Source of the DNA: an uncultured Pseudomonadales bacterium
GTDB lineage: Bacteria; Patescibacteriota; Microgenomatia; UBA1400; CAYNMC01
Length of the DNA stretch: 64,000 nucleotides
NCBI GenBank assembly: GCA_964398365.1
Contig: CAYNMC010000037.1
Span: forward strand, 7,812-71,811
Direction of reading: 5' to 3'
The translations under genes and the position numbers were made by a program. Position 1 is the first letter of the stretch. Every line of letters starts with the position of its first letter. The notes below the pieces were generated by a model. The model did not search any database. It was given only the letters and a program-made list of their open reading frames with translations, and had not been told where the DNA came from. Below are positions 51,746 through 62,479 of the stretch, one piece after another.

Positions 51746-54700
51746 TTAAGCCAAAATTTCTTTTATTTTTGTTTTTAATTCAGTTGAATAATCAACTCCA
51801 TAAGGTAGAACTAATCTTTTAATAACTTTATCTTTAATTTTAAACTCAAGGGTCAGTTTATCTTTACCTTTATATTTTTGCAAAAGCTTGCTTAATTCTT
51901 GCAAAATAGGTTTAGGGGTAGCCGCTGGAATTTCTAAAATAAATTCAGAATTTTCTTGAATATTTTCTTCAGCAGCATTTTTAATATCTTCCACTAAAAG
52001 AGAGAGCTTTTCTTCGCGCCAGTCTAAAGTCCCGGTAACCATCACTACCTTATCCTCCCTTAAGAAAGTTTTAGTCTTTTCAAAAACTTTAGGAAAAATC
52101 ACCAAATCAATTTTATCTACGCCGTCTTTAAGGGTGACAAAAGCCATTTCCTGATTATTCCGTTTGGTAAAAACGCGCCTCACCTCCTCAACAATGCCGG
52201 CAATAACAATTCTCTGGCCTTCATCGATTGAGGTCAACTCACCAATTTTATGGGTGGTGCGTTGATTTATTTTTTGCAAAAGAGAAGAAAGAGGATGAGG
52301 GGTAAGATTAAAACCCAAAAGATTCTTTTCCAACATCAAAAGATCAGTTTGAGAAAGTTCCTTAATATCAGGCAAATGATCCTCTAAGTTATTTAGTTTA
52401 TGAGGATTTAAACCTTCAAAAAGTGAAGTTTGACCTTGGAGGCGATTTTTATTTTCTGTTTCAATCCGTTTTCTTATCTCTTCTAAGGCTGAAAGCAAAG
52501 CAGCTCTTTTTCCAAAACTATCCAATGCCCCTACCTGAATTAAAGATTCTAAAACTTTCTTATTAACCTTTTGATTATCAGTACGGGAACATAAATCAGT
52601 TAAAGACTTAAAATCGCCTTTTTGCTGCCTTTTTTCTAAAATTTCCGAAATTGCTGCCTGACCGACATTTTTAATCGCCGACAAACCAAAACGAATTGCT
52701 TTACCATTAAGTGAGTAGGGATGAGGTTCAATGGTAAAACCTATTTGAGAACGATTAATATCTGGCGGATTCACAAAAATTCCCATTCGCCGACATTCTT
52801 CCACTTCTAAAGCAATTTTATCTTTATTATCCGCTTCGGCAGTAAGAAGCGCAGCCATAAATTCGACCGGATAATTGGCTTTCATATAAGCAGTTTGGTA
52901 AGCAATCATCGCATAAGAAGCCGAGTGAGATTTATTAAAACCATAGCCAGCAAATCTTTCAATATAATGCCAAACTTTTTCTGCGGTTTTTTTTGGATAA
53001 CCTTTCTGCTGAGCCCCGGCAATAAACTTTTTTTTCTCTTTTAACATAATCGCTTTTTTCTTTTTGCCAATGGCCCGCCGTAAGACGTCAGCCTCAGCTA
53101 AACTATAGCCTGCCATTTTATTGGCAATCTGTAAACATTGTTCCTGATAAACAGCAATGCCATAAGTTTCCTCTAAAATTTCTTTTAAATCTTGGTGGGG
53201 ATAAACAATCTTATCTTTCTGTTCTTTACCTTTAATAAACTCAGGAATCAGCTCCATCGGTCCGGGTCGATAAAGGGCCACCATGGCAGCAATATCAGAA
53301 AAACGTGCCGGCTTAAGGTTTTTTGCCAACCGTCTCATGCCCGCTGACTCCAATTGAAAAACACCGGCGGTTTCTCCTCTTGAAAGCATTTCATAAACCT
53401 TTTTATCATCTAAAGGAATTTCAGAAATATCAACGGTAAGACCGCGTTCTTGTTTTACAAAATCAATAGCTTTTTGGAGAATTGTAAGATTCCTTAAGCC
53501 TAAAAAATCCATTTTTAAAAGACCAATTGCTTTATCAGAAATGTTAAGGTCAAGCGCATACATATCATATTGGGTAATAATTTTTTCGCCACGCGATTCT
53601 CGTTGAAGCGGCGTATATTCTGTGAGGTCTTTATCGGCAATTACCACACCAGCAGCATGGGTAGAAGCATGACGGGTACAACCCTCAACCTTTTTTGCTA
53701 AATCCAATAATTTTTTAAAGCGGGGCTGGGCATAGATCTCTTGAAGCTCATAGACTGTTGAGAGGGCTTGGTCAATCGTAAAGCCAAAGGGGATAAGTTT
53801 AGCGATTTTATCAGGCTCGGCATAGGGCATACCCAAAACTCTACCAATATCACGGACGCTGCCTCTTGCCTCCATGGTACCAAAGGTAATAATTTGGGCT
53901 ACTTTAGTCTTGCCGTATTTTTGCGTTACATAAGCAATGACTTCATCGCGACGATCTTCAGCAAAATCCAAATCAATATCCGGAGGGGTAGGCCGGTCGG
54001 GATTTAAAAATCGCTCAAAAGGCAAACCATGTTCTAAGGGATTAATGGAGGTAATTCTTAAAATATAAGAAACTACGGAACCGGCGGCGCTACCTCTGCC
54101 GGGTCCTACCCTGATGCCTTGTTCTTTAGCCCAATTAACTAAATCGGCAACAATTAAAAAATAAGTAGCAAAACCCTTTTGACAAATCACAGAAAGTTCA
54201 TAATCAACTCTCTTTTTAATTTCGGCGGAAGGGTTGGGAAATCTTAGAGGCAATCTTTCCCATGTCAATTGCTTCAAATAAGCCTCAGCAGTAACTTTTG
54301 GTGGTAAAGGAAAATGGGGTAAAATCCATTTACCAATAGCAATTTCCAACTGGCAACTTTCCGCAATTTTTAAGGTATTTTTTAAGGCATCAGGGTAGGC
54401 AGAAAAAAGTGCTGCCATTTCTTGACCAGACCTTAAATAAAAAGTTGGCGAATCGAGCATTGATAAACGATTTTCATCAGCAATTGTCTTTTTTGTCTGA
54501 ACGGCTAAAAGCGCATCTTGAGCCTCAGCGTCTTCTTTCTCTACATAATGAATATCATTCGTCGCCACTAAAGGAATTCCTAATTTTCTTGAAAGTTCAA
54601 TAATTTTTTTATTAGCAAAATCTTGTTTGGCTAAACCCTCATGAGCTTGAATTTCCAAATAAAAATCATCAGCAAAAATTTCTAAGAATTTTTTGGCCGC

Positions 54701-55171
54701 TATTTCTGCTTCTTCCTCTTGACGTTTTATAAAAAAAGAGGCTATTTCGCCTTCTAAGCAGGCGCTCGTAGCCAATAAACCTTTTCGATATTTATTTAGC
54801 AGCTCAAAATCGACTCTTGGTTTATAATAAAAGCCTTCAAGATGGGCTTGGGTAACTAATTTCATTAAATTCTTATAACCCACTTCATTTTTGGCTAATA
54901 AAACTAAATGATATTGATCAGCATCAACATGAGCTTGTTTGTCAAAACGAGAACGCTGGGCCATATAAACTTCACAACCAATAATCGGTTTTATACCTTT
55001 TTCTTTACATTCAAGATAAAACGGCACTACACCATACATTACCCCATGATCGGTAAGGGCTAAGGCTTTCATTTTATATTGGAGGGCCTTAGCCACCAAT
55101 TTAGGAATTTTCGCTAAACCATCAAGTAACGAATATTCGGAATGAGTATGTAAGTGAACAAAATCGATCAA
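51746..55171 (-). CDS. dnaE: DNA polymerase III alpha subunit
   Basis: An N-terminal PHP domain (FVHLHTHSEYSLLDG). The 1141-aa product has a pol III alpha layout. Confidence 0.95.
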   Translation of the reverse strand: MIDFVHLHTHSEYSLLDGLAKIPKLVAKALQYKMKALALTDHGVMYGVVPFYLECKEKGIKPIIGCEVYMAQRSRFDKQAHVDADQYHLVLLAKNEVGYKNLMKLVTQAHLEGFYYKPRVDFELLNKYRKGLLATSACLEGEIASFFIKRQEEEAEIAAKKFLEIFADDFYLEIQAHEGLAKQDFANKKIIELSRKLGIPLVATNDIHYVEKEDAEAQDALLAVQTKKTIADENRLSMLDSPTFYLRSGQEMAALFSAYPDALKNTLKIAESCQLEIAIGKWILPHFPLPPKVTAEAYLKQLTWERLPLRFPNPSAEIKKRVDYELSVICQKGFATYFLIVADLVNWAKEQGIRVGPGRGSAAGSVVSYILRITSINPLEHGLPFERFLNPDRPTPPDIDLDFAEDRRDEVIAYVTQKYGKTKVAQIITFGTMEARGSVRDIGRVLGMPYAEPDKIAKLIPFGFTIDQALSTVYELQEIYAQPRFKKLLDLAKKVEGCTRHASTHAAGVVIADKDLTEYTPLQRESRGEKIITQYDMYALDLNISDKAIGLLKMDFLGLRNLTILQKAIDFVKQERGLTVDISEIPLDDKKVYEMLSRGETAGVFQLESAGMRRLAKNLKPARFSDIAAMVALYRPGPMELIPEFIKGKEQKDKIVYPHQDLKEILEETYGIAVYQEQCLQIANKMAGYSLAEADVLRRAIGKKKKAIMLKEKKKFIAGAQQKGYPKKTAEKVWHYIERFAGYGFNKSHSASYAMIAYQTAYMKANYPVEFMAALLTAEADNKDKIALEVEECRRMGIFVNPPDINRSQIGFTIEPHPYSLNGKAIRFGLSAIKNVGQAAISEILEKRQQKGDFKSLTDLCSRTDNQKVNKKVLESLIQVGALDSFGKRAALLSALEEIRKRIETENKNRLQGQTSLFEGLNPHKLNNLEDHLPDIKELSQTDLLMLEKNLLGFNLTPHPLSSLLQKINQRTTHKIGELTSIDEGQRIVIAGIVEEVRRVFTKRNNQEMAFVTLKDGVDKIDLVIFPKVFEKTKTFLREDKVVMVTGTLDWREEKLSLLVEDIKNAAEENIQENSEFILEIPAATPKPILQELSKLLQKYKGKDKLTLEFKIKDKVIKRLVLPYGVDYSTELKTKIKEILA

Positions 55172-56556
55172 GGCTTGCTAACTTCCATTAATTTTTCAAT
55201 CAATTTCTTAATTATTAAAGGATTGCCTTTCCCTTTTAATTCCCTCATCACCTGTCCCACTAAAAATTCAAGAGCTGTTTTTTTACCCCCTTGATAATCA
55301 TTTACGGCCTGAGCATTGTCACTTAAAATTCGTTTGATCAACAATAATAGCACTTTTTGATTGGGTTGATTTTGGTAGGCTTTATGAAGAAGCATCGCCA
55401 CTAACTGAGCTGGTTGAGTCTGCCGAGGATCGATTTTTTTATTAATAATCATGTTGGTAATATCCTTAATCTTTTGTTTTATTTCTGTTAGCTTAACTGT
55501 CTGTCTTTTGCTTTTCGCTTTTTGCAAGATTTTTACACTCTCTTCAAAATACGCTGCCACTTTCTTGTCGTTGGCTAAAATCTTAGCATTTGTTGCTAAC
55601 AACCCATAATCTTTAATAAACCTTTTTATTTTTTCTTCAGGTAATTCAGGTAAAATTCTCTTTAACTTTTCACTTTTAACTTTTAAGTCAATAAACGGTG
55701 GAATATCCGGTTCTGGAAAATAACGATAATCGTGTGACTCTTCTTTCTGCCTCTGGGAGTAAGTTTTTCCGATTTTTTCATCAAAACCTCGAGTTTCCTG
55801 AATGGGTATTTTACCTTTGTCAATAAGCATTTTTTGTCTTTGGATCTCATAATTAATGGCCTTAGCCACAAACCTGAAAGAATTTATATTTTTAACCTCG
55901 ACTTTATATTTTGGTAAAGGTGATGCTTTGGTGGTTAAGGGAGAGGCTAAAGAAATATTAACCTCCAATCTCATTGAACCTTTCTCCATGTCACAATCGG
56001 AAACCTCTAAATAACGAATGATTTGTTGAATTTTCTTCAAATAGCTTACCGCTTCTTCGGGACTGTTAATCTCCGGCTCGCTCACAATCTCTACCAAGGG
56101 CACGCCTGAACGATTAAAATCAATCAGTGTCATTTTCTCACCATTAATAAAAGTATGGACTAATTTGCCGGTATCTTCTTCAAGATGAACACGATTGATC
56201 CGCACGACTTTTGTTTTCTGGTCATCGAGCTCAATTTTGAGTTGACCGTTACGACAAAACGGTAAATCATATTGCGAAATTTGGTAACCTTTAGGTAAGT
56301 CTGGATAAAAATAATTTTTCCGGTCAAATCTTGCTTCATTCTGAATCTCGCAGTTTAAGGCTAAACCAATCAGCAAACACCAATCAATTGCCTTTTGGTT
56401 AGGAACGGGCAAAGCACCGGGTAAACCTAAACAAACCGGACAAGTATGAGTGTTAGGCAGGACTTGAAAATGGTAAGCCGGACAGCCGCAAAACATTTTT
56501 GATTTGGTGCGCAGCTCAACATGAATTTCTAAACCAATAATAGGCAAATATTTCAT
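55168..56556 (-). CDS. gatB: Asp/Glu-tRNA amidotransferase subunit B
   Basis: IGLEIHVEL...KMFCGC...NRSGVPLVEIV. Confidence 0.9.
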   Translation of the reverse strand: MKYLPIIGLEIHVELRTKSKMFCGCPAYHFQVLPNTHTCPVCLGLPGALPVPNQKAIDWCLLIGLALNCEIQNEARFDRKNYFYPDLPKGYQISQYDLPFCRNGQLKIELDDQKTKVVRINRVHLEEDTGKLVHTFINGEKMTLIDFNRSGVPLVEIVSEPEINSPEEAVSYLKKIQQIIRYLEVSDCDMEKGSMRLEVNISLASPLTTKASPLPKYKVEVKNINSFRFVAKAINYEIQRQKMLIDKGKIPIQETRGFDEKIGKTYSQRQKEESHDYRYFPEPDIPPFIDLKVKSEKLKRILPELPEEKIKRFIKDYGLLATNAKILANDKKVAAYFEESVKILQKAKSKRQTVKLTEIKQKIKDITNMIINKKIDPRQTQPAQLVAMLLHKAYQNQPNQKVLLLLIKRILSDNAQAVNDYQGGKKTALEFLVGQVMRELKGKGNPLIIKKLIEKLMEVSKP

Positions 56557-56622
56557 TTTTTCCTTCTACCTTTAATTTCTAAAAACTTAGCTTATCAAAA
56601 ATTAGATTTTATAAATTAGATT

Positions 56623-58047
56623 TTATAATTTTGGTTTTTTCTTATGCCAATCGGTTACCTGTTGATAAAGATAAGCTGTTGGCAAAATTAAATCTTCTTT
56701 TAAAGATGGACCAATAATTTGTAAACCCACAGGCAGACCATCCCTTCCAAAACCACAGGGTAAGCTTATCGCCGGTAAACCAGCCAATGAGGAGGCTTCA
56801 AACAAAATGTCCTGAAGTTCGCCAAACATCGCTGCTTCTTTAGTAGTTCCTAAAGGTAAGGCTACAGAAGGAGTGGCTGGCGCCAATAAAAGCTCTACCT
56901 CTTTAAAAACTCGCTCAAAATCTTTCATAATCAAAGTTCTCACCAGTTGGGCTTTTTTATAATAGGCTTCGTAATAACCAGCCGAAAGGGTGTAAGTACC
57001 AAGCATAATTCTTCTTTTGGCTTCTTCCCCGAAAAAACTTCGATCTTGACCATAACGAATGCCATCAAAACGTGCTAAATTGGAAGAAACCTCGCTTCGT
57101 TGAATAATTGTGTAAACAGCTACTGCATATTTTGGTTCAAGCAAATCTACCCATTTTATCTTCGCTCCTAGTTTTTCAAAAATTTTAATAGCGGAAAGCA
57201 AAGCTTTATTGATTTCTTTTTCCAGCTCTTTTAAAAAATATTGTTTTGGTAAGCCAAGCTTTAAACCATTTAAATTCTTGAACTTTGCTAAGTTAATTTT
57301 CGGTAAAGAAGTCTTTATCGAAGTAGCGTCTTTTAAATCGTAACCAGCGATTATTTGTAAAAGCAAACAGGCATCCTCCACACTCTTGGTTAAGGGTCCA
57401 GGAGAATCAGTCGAAGAACACATAGCAATCAAACCATAACGACTCACTCTGCCATATGTCGGTTTAAGACCGGTAATACCACACCAGGCAGCCGGTTGAC
57501 GAATAGAACCTGCCGTTTCTGAACCGATGGCGCCAATCACCTCATCTGCCGCCACTGCGGCCGCACTCCCGCCAGAAGAACCACCAGGTAAAAAATTAAC
57601 ATTCCAAGGATTACGAGTCGTAAAAAATTGTGAAGTCTCAGTTGAAGAACCATGGGCCCAAGCATCTAAATTGGTCTTTCCTATAATAATCGCTCCTGCT
57701 TCTTTTAATTTTTTCACCACCGTGGCATCATAAGGTGGTTTATAATCGCTTAACACCAAAGAGCCCGCCGTAGTTTTTAAGTCTTTGGTGCAAAAATTAT
57801 CTTTAATTGCCAAGGGGATTCCCAAAAGCGGCTTAGTTTCACTTATTTTTTCATCTTTTGCCAATAACTTATCTACTTCTTTAGCTTTTTTTAAAACCGC
57901 TTCGGCTTCAAGGGTAAGAAAAGCTTTAATTTTCTCATCTACTTTTTGGATGCGTTTTAAACAAGCGTTTACTAATTCTTCTGAAGAAAATTTTTTCTTC
58001 TTTAAACCTGCTTGGGCCTGAACGAGTGTTAATTGATTAAGCGTCAT
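56623..58047 (-). CDS. gatA: Asp/Glu-tRNA amidotransferase subunit A
   Basis: Amidase signature GGSSGGSAAAVAA and ...GSETAGSIRQPA. Confidence 0.9.
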   Translation of the reverse strand: MTLNQLTLVQAQAGLKKKKFSSEELVNACLKRIQKVDEKIKAFLTLEAEAVLKKAKEVDKLLAKDEKISETKPLLGIPLAIKDNFCTKDLKTTAGSLVLSDYKPPYDATVVKKLKEAGAIIIGKTNLDAWAHGSSTETSQFFTTRNPWNVNFLPGGSSGGSAAAVAADEVIGAIGSETAGSIRQPAAWCGITGLKPTYGRVSRYGLIAMCSSTDSPGPLTKSVEDACLLLQIIAGYDLKDATSIKTSLPKINLAKFKNLNGLKLGLPKQYFLKELEKEINKALLSAIKIFEKLGAKIKWVDLLEPKYAVAVYTIIQRSEVSSNLARFDGIRYGQDRSFFGEEAKRRIMLGTYTLSAGYYEAYYKKAQLVRTLIMKDFERVFKEVELLLAPATPSVALPLGTTKEAAMFGELQDILFEASSLAGLPAISLPCGFGRDGLPVGLQIIGPSLKEDLILPTAYLYQQVTDWHKKKPKL

Positions 58048-58340
58048 TTAAAAATACTTTTAACTTTAAAATAACCTTTATAGGCCTTTCGGCTACCACT
58101 TAAGGCTTCCTCTTGGGAAAGAGAAGCTACCACCTCATCCGGTCTGGTAACGTTGGTGCTTCTTATCACTTGAGCGGTAGCTGACTGATTTTCGGTTTTA
58201 AGTTCTTGCAACACCGCCGCATACGCAAGGGCCTCTGACAACTGTTTTTGAAACTTTTTAATTTCGCTGGCCTTCAGTGGTAAATTGGCTAAACGAGCAA
58301 TTTTAAGAATTTCTTTTTCTGGTAAGAGCGCTGAATTCAT
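58044..58340 (-). CDS. gatC: Asp/Glu-tRNA amidotransferase subunit C
   Basis: 98 aa with IARLANLPL... It lies upstream of gatA with a 4-nt overlap. Confidence 0.8.
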   Translation of the reverse strand: MNSALLPEKEILKIARLANLPLKASEIKKFQKQLSEALAYAAVLQELKTENQSATAQVIRSTNVTRPDEVVASLSQEEALSGSRKAYKGYFKVKSIFK

Positions 58341-58353
58341 AAAAGAAAATCTA

Positions 58354-60930
58354 TTATACTTTAATTAAAAATTTTTCTCCTTTGGCCTCAACCCGAACTT
58401 CGCTACCTTCCTTAATTTTACCCTCAATGATAAGTAAAGAAAGTTCGTCGATGAGCTTATTTTGAATAATCCTTTTGAGTGGTCGCGCTCCAAAAAGGGG
58501 GTCCCAGCCTAATTTTGCCAATAACTTCTTTGCCTCCTTAGTCATTTTTAAAACAATTTTTTGTTTACTCAGTTTTTTTAACAATCGGCCAATTTGGATA
58601 TCCACGATTTTTTCCATGGTAGTAAGACTTAAAGGTTCAAATAAAATAATTTCATCAATCCTGTTGATAAACTCTGGTCTGAATGTTTTTTGGATTTCCT
58701 GCCAAATCTCAGTTTTAATTTTATCTTTTTCTTCAGTTAAATTAACTCGACTCTGCCATTTTTCACTTCCCAAATTAGAAGTCATAATGATAATGGTGTT
58801 CTTAAAATTCACGGTTCTCCCTTTACCATCGGTCAAACGACCATCATCCAAAATTTGCAATAAAATATTAAAAATTTGGGGATGAGCCTTTTCAATTTCA
58901 TCAAGTAAAATCACAGAATAAGGCCGGCGTCTAACCTGCTCCGTCAACTGGCCACCTTCCTCATAACCAACATACCCCGGTGGTGCACCAATAAGGCGAG
59001 CTACCGTATGAGGTTCACTATACTCACTCATATCAATTCTTATCAGGGCTTCTTCATCATTAAAAAGAACCCGTGCCAAGGCCTTAGCAAGTTCAGTTTT
59101 TCCCACACCCGTAGGTCCCAGAAAAATAAAAGAACCTATGGGTCGATTTTCTTCACCTAAATTAGCCCGAGAACGCCGGATAGCTTTGGCTACTTCTACC
59201 AAAGCCTCATCTTGTCCCACCACACTCTTTTTTAATTCTTCTTCTAATTTTGCCAATTTTATCGCCTCTGCCTTCAAAAGTCTGGTAGCGGGAATACCTG
59301 TCCAGCGTGAAACCACCAAGGCGATATCCTCTGCGGTTACCTCTTGACGAAGAATCCTTTTTTCTTCGGGAATAGCTTGCCATTTATGCCGCCATTCATT
59401 TAATTCTTTTTCGATTTGGGGAATACGTCCGTATTTTAATTCGGCACCCTTTTCCAACTCTACTTCGCGTTCGGCTCTCTCTAATTCGGCTTTAGCTTTA
59501 TCCAAATCTTCCTGCAATTTATTAATCTGTTGTAAAATTTCTTTTTCTTTTTGCCAAGCAATTCTTAATTCTTTTTCTCTTTCTGCCAGATCAGCCTTTT
59601 CTTTCTTTAATTTTTTTATTTTCTCGGCGGCATTTTTTTCCTTTTTCAAGGCCGCCAATTCAATATCCAATTGAATAATTTTTCTCTTTAATTCATCTAA
59701 AGCCGTTGGCAAACTATCAACTTCAATTTTTAAACCGGCAGCAGCTTCGTCAATTAAGTCAATAGCCTTATCCGGTAAATAACGATCGGTAATATAGCGC
59801 GAAGAGAGAGTCGCCGCCGCAATTAAGGCTTCATCGGTAATCCGAATACCATGATGTAATTCATACTTTTCTTTAAGTCCCCTTAAAATTGCGACGGTTT
59901 CTGCCACTGAGGGTTCATCAACATAAACCGGCTGGAAACGTCTTTCCAAAGCCACGTCTTTTTCGATATACTTCCGATACTCATTTAAGGTAGTAGCACC
60001 AATGGCATGGAGTTCGCCCCGCGCTAAAGCAGGTTTAAGCATGTTGCTGGCATCCATGGCGCCTTCGGCTGCTCCCGCACCAACCAAAGTATGGAGTTCG
60101 TCGATAAACAAAATATAACGACCTTCGCCTTGTTGAAGCCGACGTAAGACTGCTTTTAGACGTTCTTCAAATTCACCACGAAATTTACTGCCGGCTAAAA
60201 GTCTGGCCAAATCTAAAACTAAAACTTCTTTATTTTTAAGAATCTCGGGGACGTCACCGCTGACAATCCGCTGCGCCAAACCTTCTACAATGGCTGTCTT
60301 CCCCACACCTGGATCACCCACTAATACCGGATTATTCTTTGTGCGACGCGACAAAACTTGCATCACCCGACGAATCTCGCTGTCTCGGCCAATCACGGGA
60401 TCGAGCTTACCTTGTTGGGCTAACTTTGTTAAATTGGTACAGTATTTTTCTAAAACTTGATACTTAGCTTCTGGTTCAGGATCACTAATTTTTTCAGAGC
60501 CTCTTATCATTTTTAAATTCTCCCTAAGTTTTGCAAGATTAACACCTGATTCTATTAAAATATTCTGACTCTGACAAGGAGTTAATAAAAAGGCCAAAAA
60601 CAAGTGTTCGCGGGAAACATACTCATCTCCCATTCTTTCGGCTTCTTCGGCAGCGGTTTTTAAAATTTCCTGAAGTGAACGAGAAATTAATGGCTCTCCT
60701 TTCTTTTCAATTTTAGGCAATTTCTCAATTTCTTCCTCAACTTTGGCTGCTAGCTGGGCAATGCCAATGTCTGTTTTTTTTAAAACCTGAACCACCACGC
60801 CTTCTAAGTCGGTCAATAAAGCCAAAAGAAGATGTAAATCACTCACCTCAGCATTTTGTTTTTTGAGGGCTAGGGCATGAGCCGCTGCTAAACTTTCTTG
60901 TGATTTAAGGGTTAATTTATCTAAATTCAT
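58354..60930 (-). CDS. clpB: ATP-dependent chaperone ClpB
   Basis: Two AAA+ modules (GDPGVGKT and GPTGVGKT), a long coiled-coil middle domain, 858 aa. Confidence 0.9.
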   Translation of the reverse strand: MNLDKLTLKSQESLAAAHALALKKQNAEVSDLHLLLALLTDLEGVVVQVLKKTDIGIAQLAAKVEEEIEKLPKIEKKGEPLISRSLQEILKTAAEEAERMGDEYVSREHLFLAFLLTPCQSQNILIESGVNLAKLRENLKMIRGSEKISDPEPEAKYQVLEKYCTNLTKLAQQGKLDPVIGRDSEIRRVMQVLSRRTKNNPVLVGDPGVGKTAIVEGLAQRIVSGDVPEILKNKEVLVLDLARLLAGSKFRGEFEERLKAVLRRLQQGEGRYILFIDELHTLVGAGAAEGAMDASNMLKPALARGELHAIGATTLNEYRKYIEKDVALERRFQPVYVDEPSVAETVAILRGLKEKYELHHGIRITDEALIAAATLSSRYITDRYLPDKAIDLIDEAAAGLKIEVDSLPTALDELKRKIIQLDIELAALKKEKNAAEKIKKLKKEKADLAEREKELRIAWQKEKEILQQINKLQEDLDKAKAELERAEREVELEKGAELKYGRIPQIEKELNEWRHKWQAIPEEKRILRQEVTAEDIALVVSRWTGIPATRLLKAEAIKLAKLEEELKKSVVGQDEALVEVAKAIRRSRANLGEENRPIGSFIFLGPTGVGKTELAKALARVLFNDEEALIRIDMSEYSEPHTVARLIGAPPGYVGYEEGGQLTEQVRRRPYSVILLDEIEKAHPQIFNILLQILDDGRLTDGKGRTVNFKNTIIIMTSNLGSEKWQSRVNLTEEKDKIKTEIWQEIQKTFRPEFINRIDEIILFEPLSLTTMEKIVDIQIGRLLKKLSKQKIVLKMTKEAKKLLAKLGWDPLFGARPLKRIIQNKLIDELSLLIIEGKIKEGSEVRVEAKGEKFLIKV

Positions 60931-60939
60931 GGCAAAATC

Positions 60940-61845
60940 TTAACTCATTTTTTCTAAAGCGGCAATTCGTTCTTGAATTGGTGGATGGGTGGCAAAAAGA
61001 TTAGCAAACCAACCAATACCACTATGAAGATTTTTTAAGGGATTAACGATGTAAAGATGGGCAGTAGCTTTATTGGCCGCCTCCAACGGTTCTTTATCGA
61101 CTGAAAGTTTCTTTAAAGCCATAATCAAACCACTTGGTTGCCGCGTAAGCATCACGGCTGAGGCATCTGCCAAGAACTCCCGCCTTCGAGAAATTGCCAA
61201 CTGAATTAATTGGGCAATAAGGGGAGAAAGTAAGGCAAGGATAACGGCAAGAAAGAAAAAAATTGCTTGTAATTGATTACCGCGCCGTTCATTGTTTCTG
61301 CCGCTAAACTGAGTTGCTCTCAAAAACCAATCAGCGATTAAGGTAATCATTCCGACGAGAATCGCTACCACCGACATCAAACGCATATCATAATTTTTTA
61401 TATGAGAAAGTTCGTGGGCAACCACCCCTTCAAGCTCAGTGCGATTTAATTTTTCCAAAAGGCCGGTGGTAGCACAAACTACCGCATGGTTTGGATCACG
61501 ACCAGTAGCAAAGGCGTTCATCGCCGAATCTTTAATTACATAAAGTTTAGGAAAAGGTAAATGTGCTGCCAGACAAAGATTTTCCACAACCGTATAAAAT
61601 TGAAAATCTCTCTGTTTGTTGGCTAACTGGGCACCGGAAAGCGTCAAAATAATCTTATCAGACCACCAGTAGGAAGCAAAACTCGTCAATCCTGAAAGAA
61701 TCAAGGCCCAGCCGATAAATTGATTGCCAAAACCCAAAGCTCGACCCAAAATCCAAGCTACCAAAGTAATAAAGACAACAAAAGCAATCATGATTAACCA
61801 TGATTTACGTTTATTGATAGCAACCGCTTCGTAAACATTCAGCAT
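60940..61845 (-). CDS. htpX: M48 zinc metalloprotease HtpX
   Basis: Transmembrane segments plus HELSHIKNYD. Confidence 0.85.
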   Translation of the reverse strand: MLNVYEAVAINKRKSWLIMIAFVVFITLVAWILGRALGFGNQFIGWALILSGLTSFASYWWSDKIILTLSGAQLANKQRDFQFYTVVENLCLAAHLPFPKLYVIKDSAMNAFATGRDPNHAVVCATTGLLEKLNRTELEGVVAHELSHIKNYDMRLMSVVAILVGMITLIADWFLRATQFSGRNNERRGNQLQAIFFFLAVILALLSPLIAQLIQLAISRRREFLADASAVMLTRQPSGLIMALKKLSVDKEPLEAANKATAHLYIVNPLKNLHSGIGWFANLFATHPPIQERIAALEKMS

Positions 61846-61854
61846 TTTTGAAAA

Positions 61855-62439
61855 CTAATCCAATTTTACCTTTGGTGTAATCATTTCTTCTTGGCTTACA
61901 CTTAAAGCTTCCTCGTTAACTTCCGGCATTTTTAGGCCCGGTAATTGACTAAAACCAAATAATTTAGCAACAAAGCTTGAAGGAATGGTTACTATCATAA
62001 TATTATAATCTGCGGTCAAATCAATTAAAGTCCGCCGACTATACATTACTTTATCAGCAGTATCTCTCAATTCTTCCATGAGTTGACTCGTAGGACCAGC
62101 TGCCTGTAATTGAGGGGTACTTTCCAAAACAGCCCGAATCGGCGTTAGCGCTTGTTGAAGCTGGGCACTTGCGTCAATCAATTTCTGGGCATCTGCGCTT
62201 TTAATCACACTCATTACTGTTTTTCTCGCTTCTGTTAAATCTTTAAAAATAGCTTTTTCGTGCTTTAGATAGCCTTTAACTGATTCAACCAAATTGGGAA
62301 TTAAATCGGCTTGCCGTTTTAATTGATTACCAATTTCTTGAACAGCTGCCCCAATTCTTGTTTTAGTAGTCACAAACTTGTTGTAAGTAACAAAAATATA
62401 CAAAACCAAAACCGCTAAAATAATTAAGATAATTATCAT
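61855..62439 (-). CDS. lemA: LemA family protein
   Basis: An N-terminal transmembrane segment, then YNKFVTTKTRIGAAVQEIGNQLKRQADLIPNLV. Confidence 0.8.
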   Translation of the reverse strand: MIIILIILAVLVLYIFVTYNKFVTTKTRIGAAVQEIGNQLKRQADLIPNLVESVKGYLKHEKAIFKDLTEARKTVMSVIKSADAQKLIDASAQLQQALTPIRAVLESTPQLQAAGPTSQLMEELRDTADKVMYSRRTLIDLTADYNIMIVTIPSSFVAKLFGFSQLPGLKMPEVNEEALSVSQEEMITPKVKLD

Positions 62440-62479
62440 CTTTTTTCACCTCCTTCACTCACCATTTAAGTCTTCCTTT

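Noticed and set aside
56600-56627. A perfect tandem duplication of a 14-bp unit (aattagattttata twice) at the gatA stop codon.
   Set aside because: There are only two units of AT-rich sequence, in the gatA-gatB spacer and overlapping the stop codon. The most likely cause is a slippage duplication, and no further structure or function is evident.
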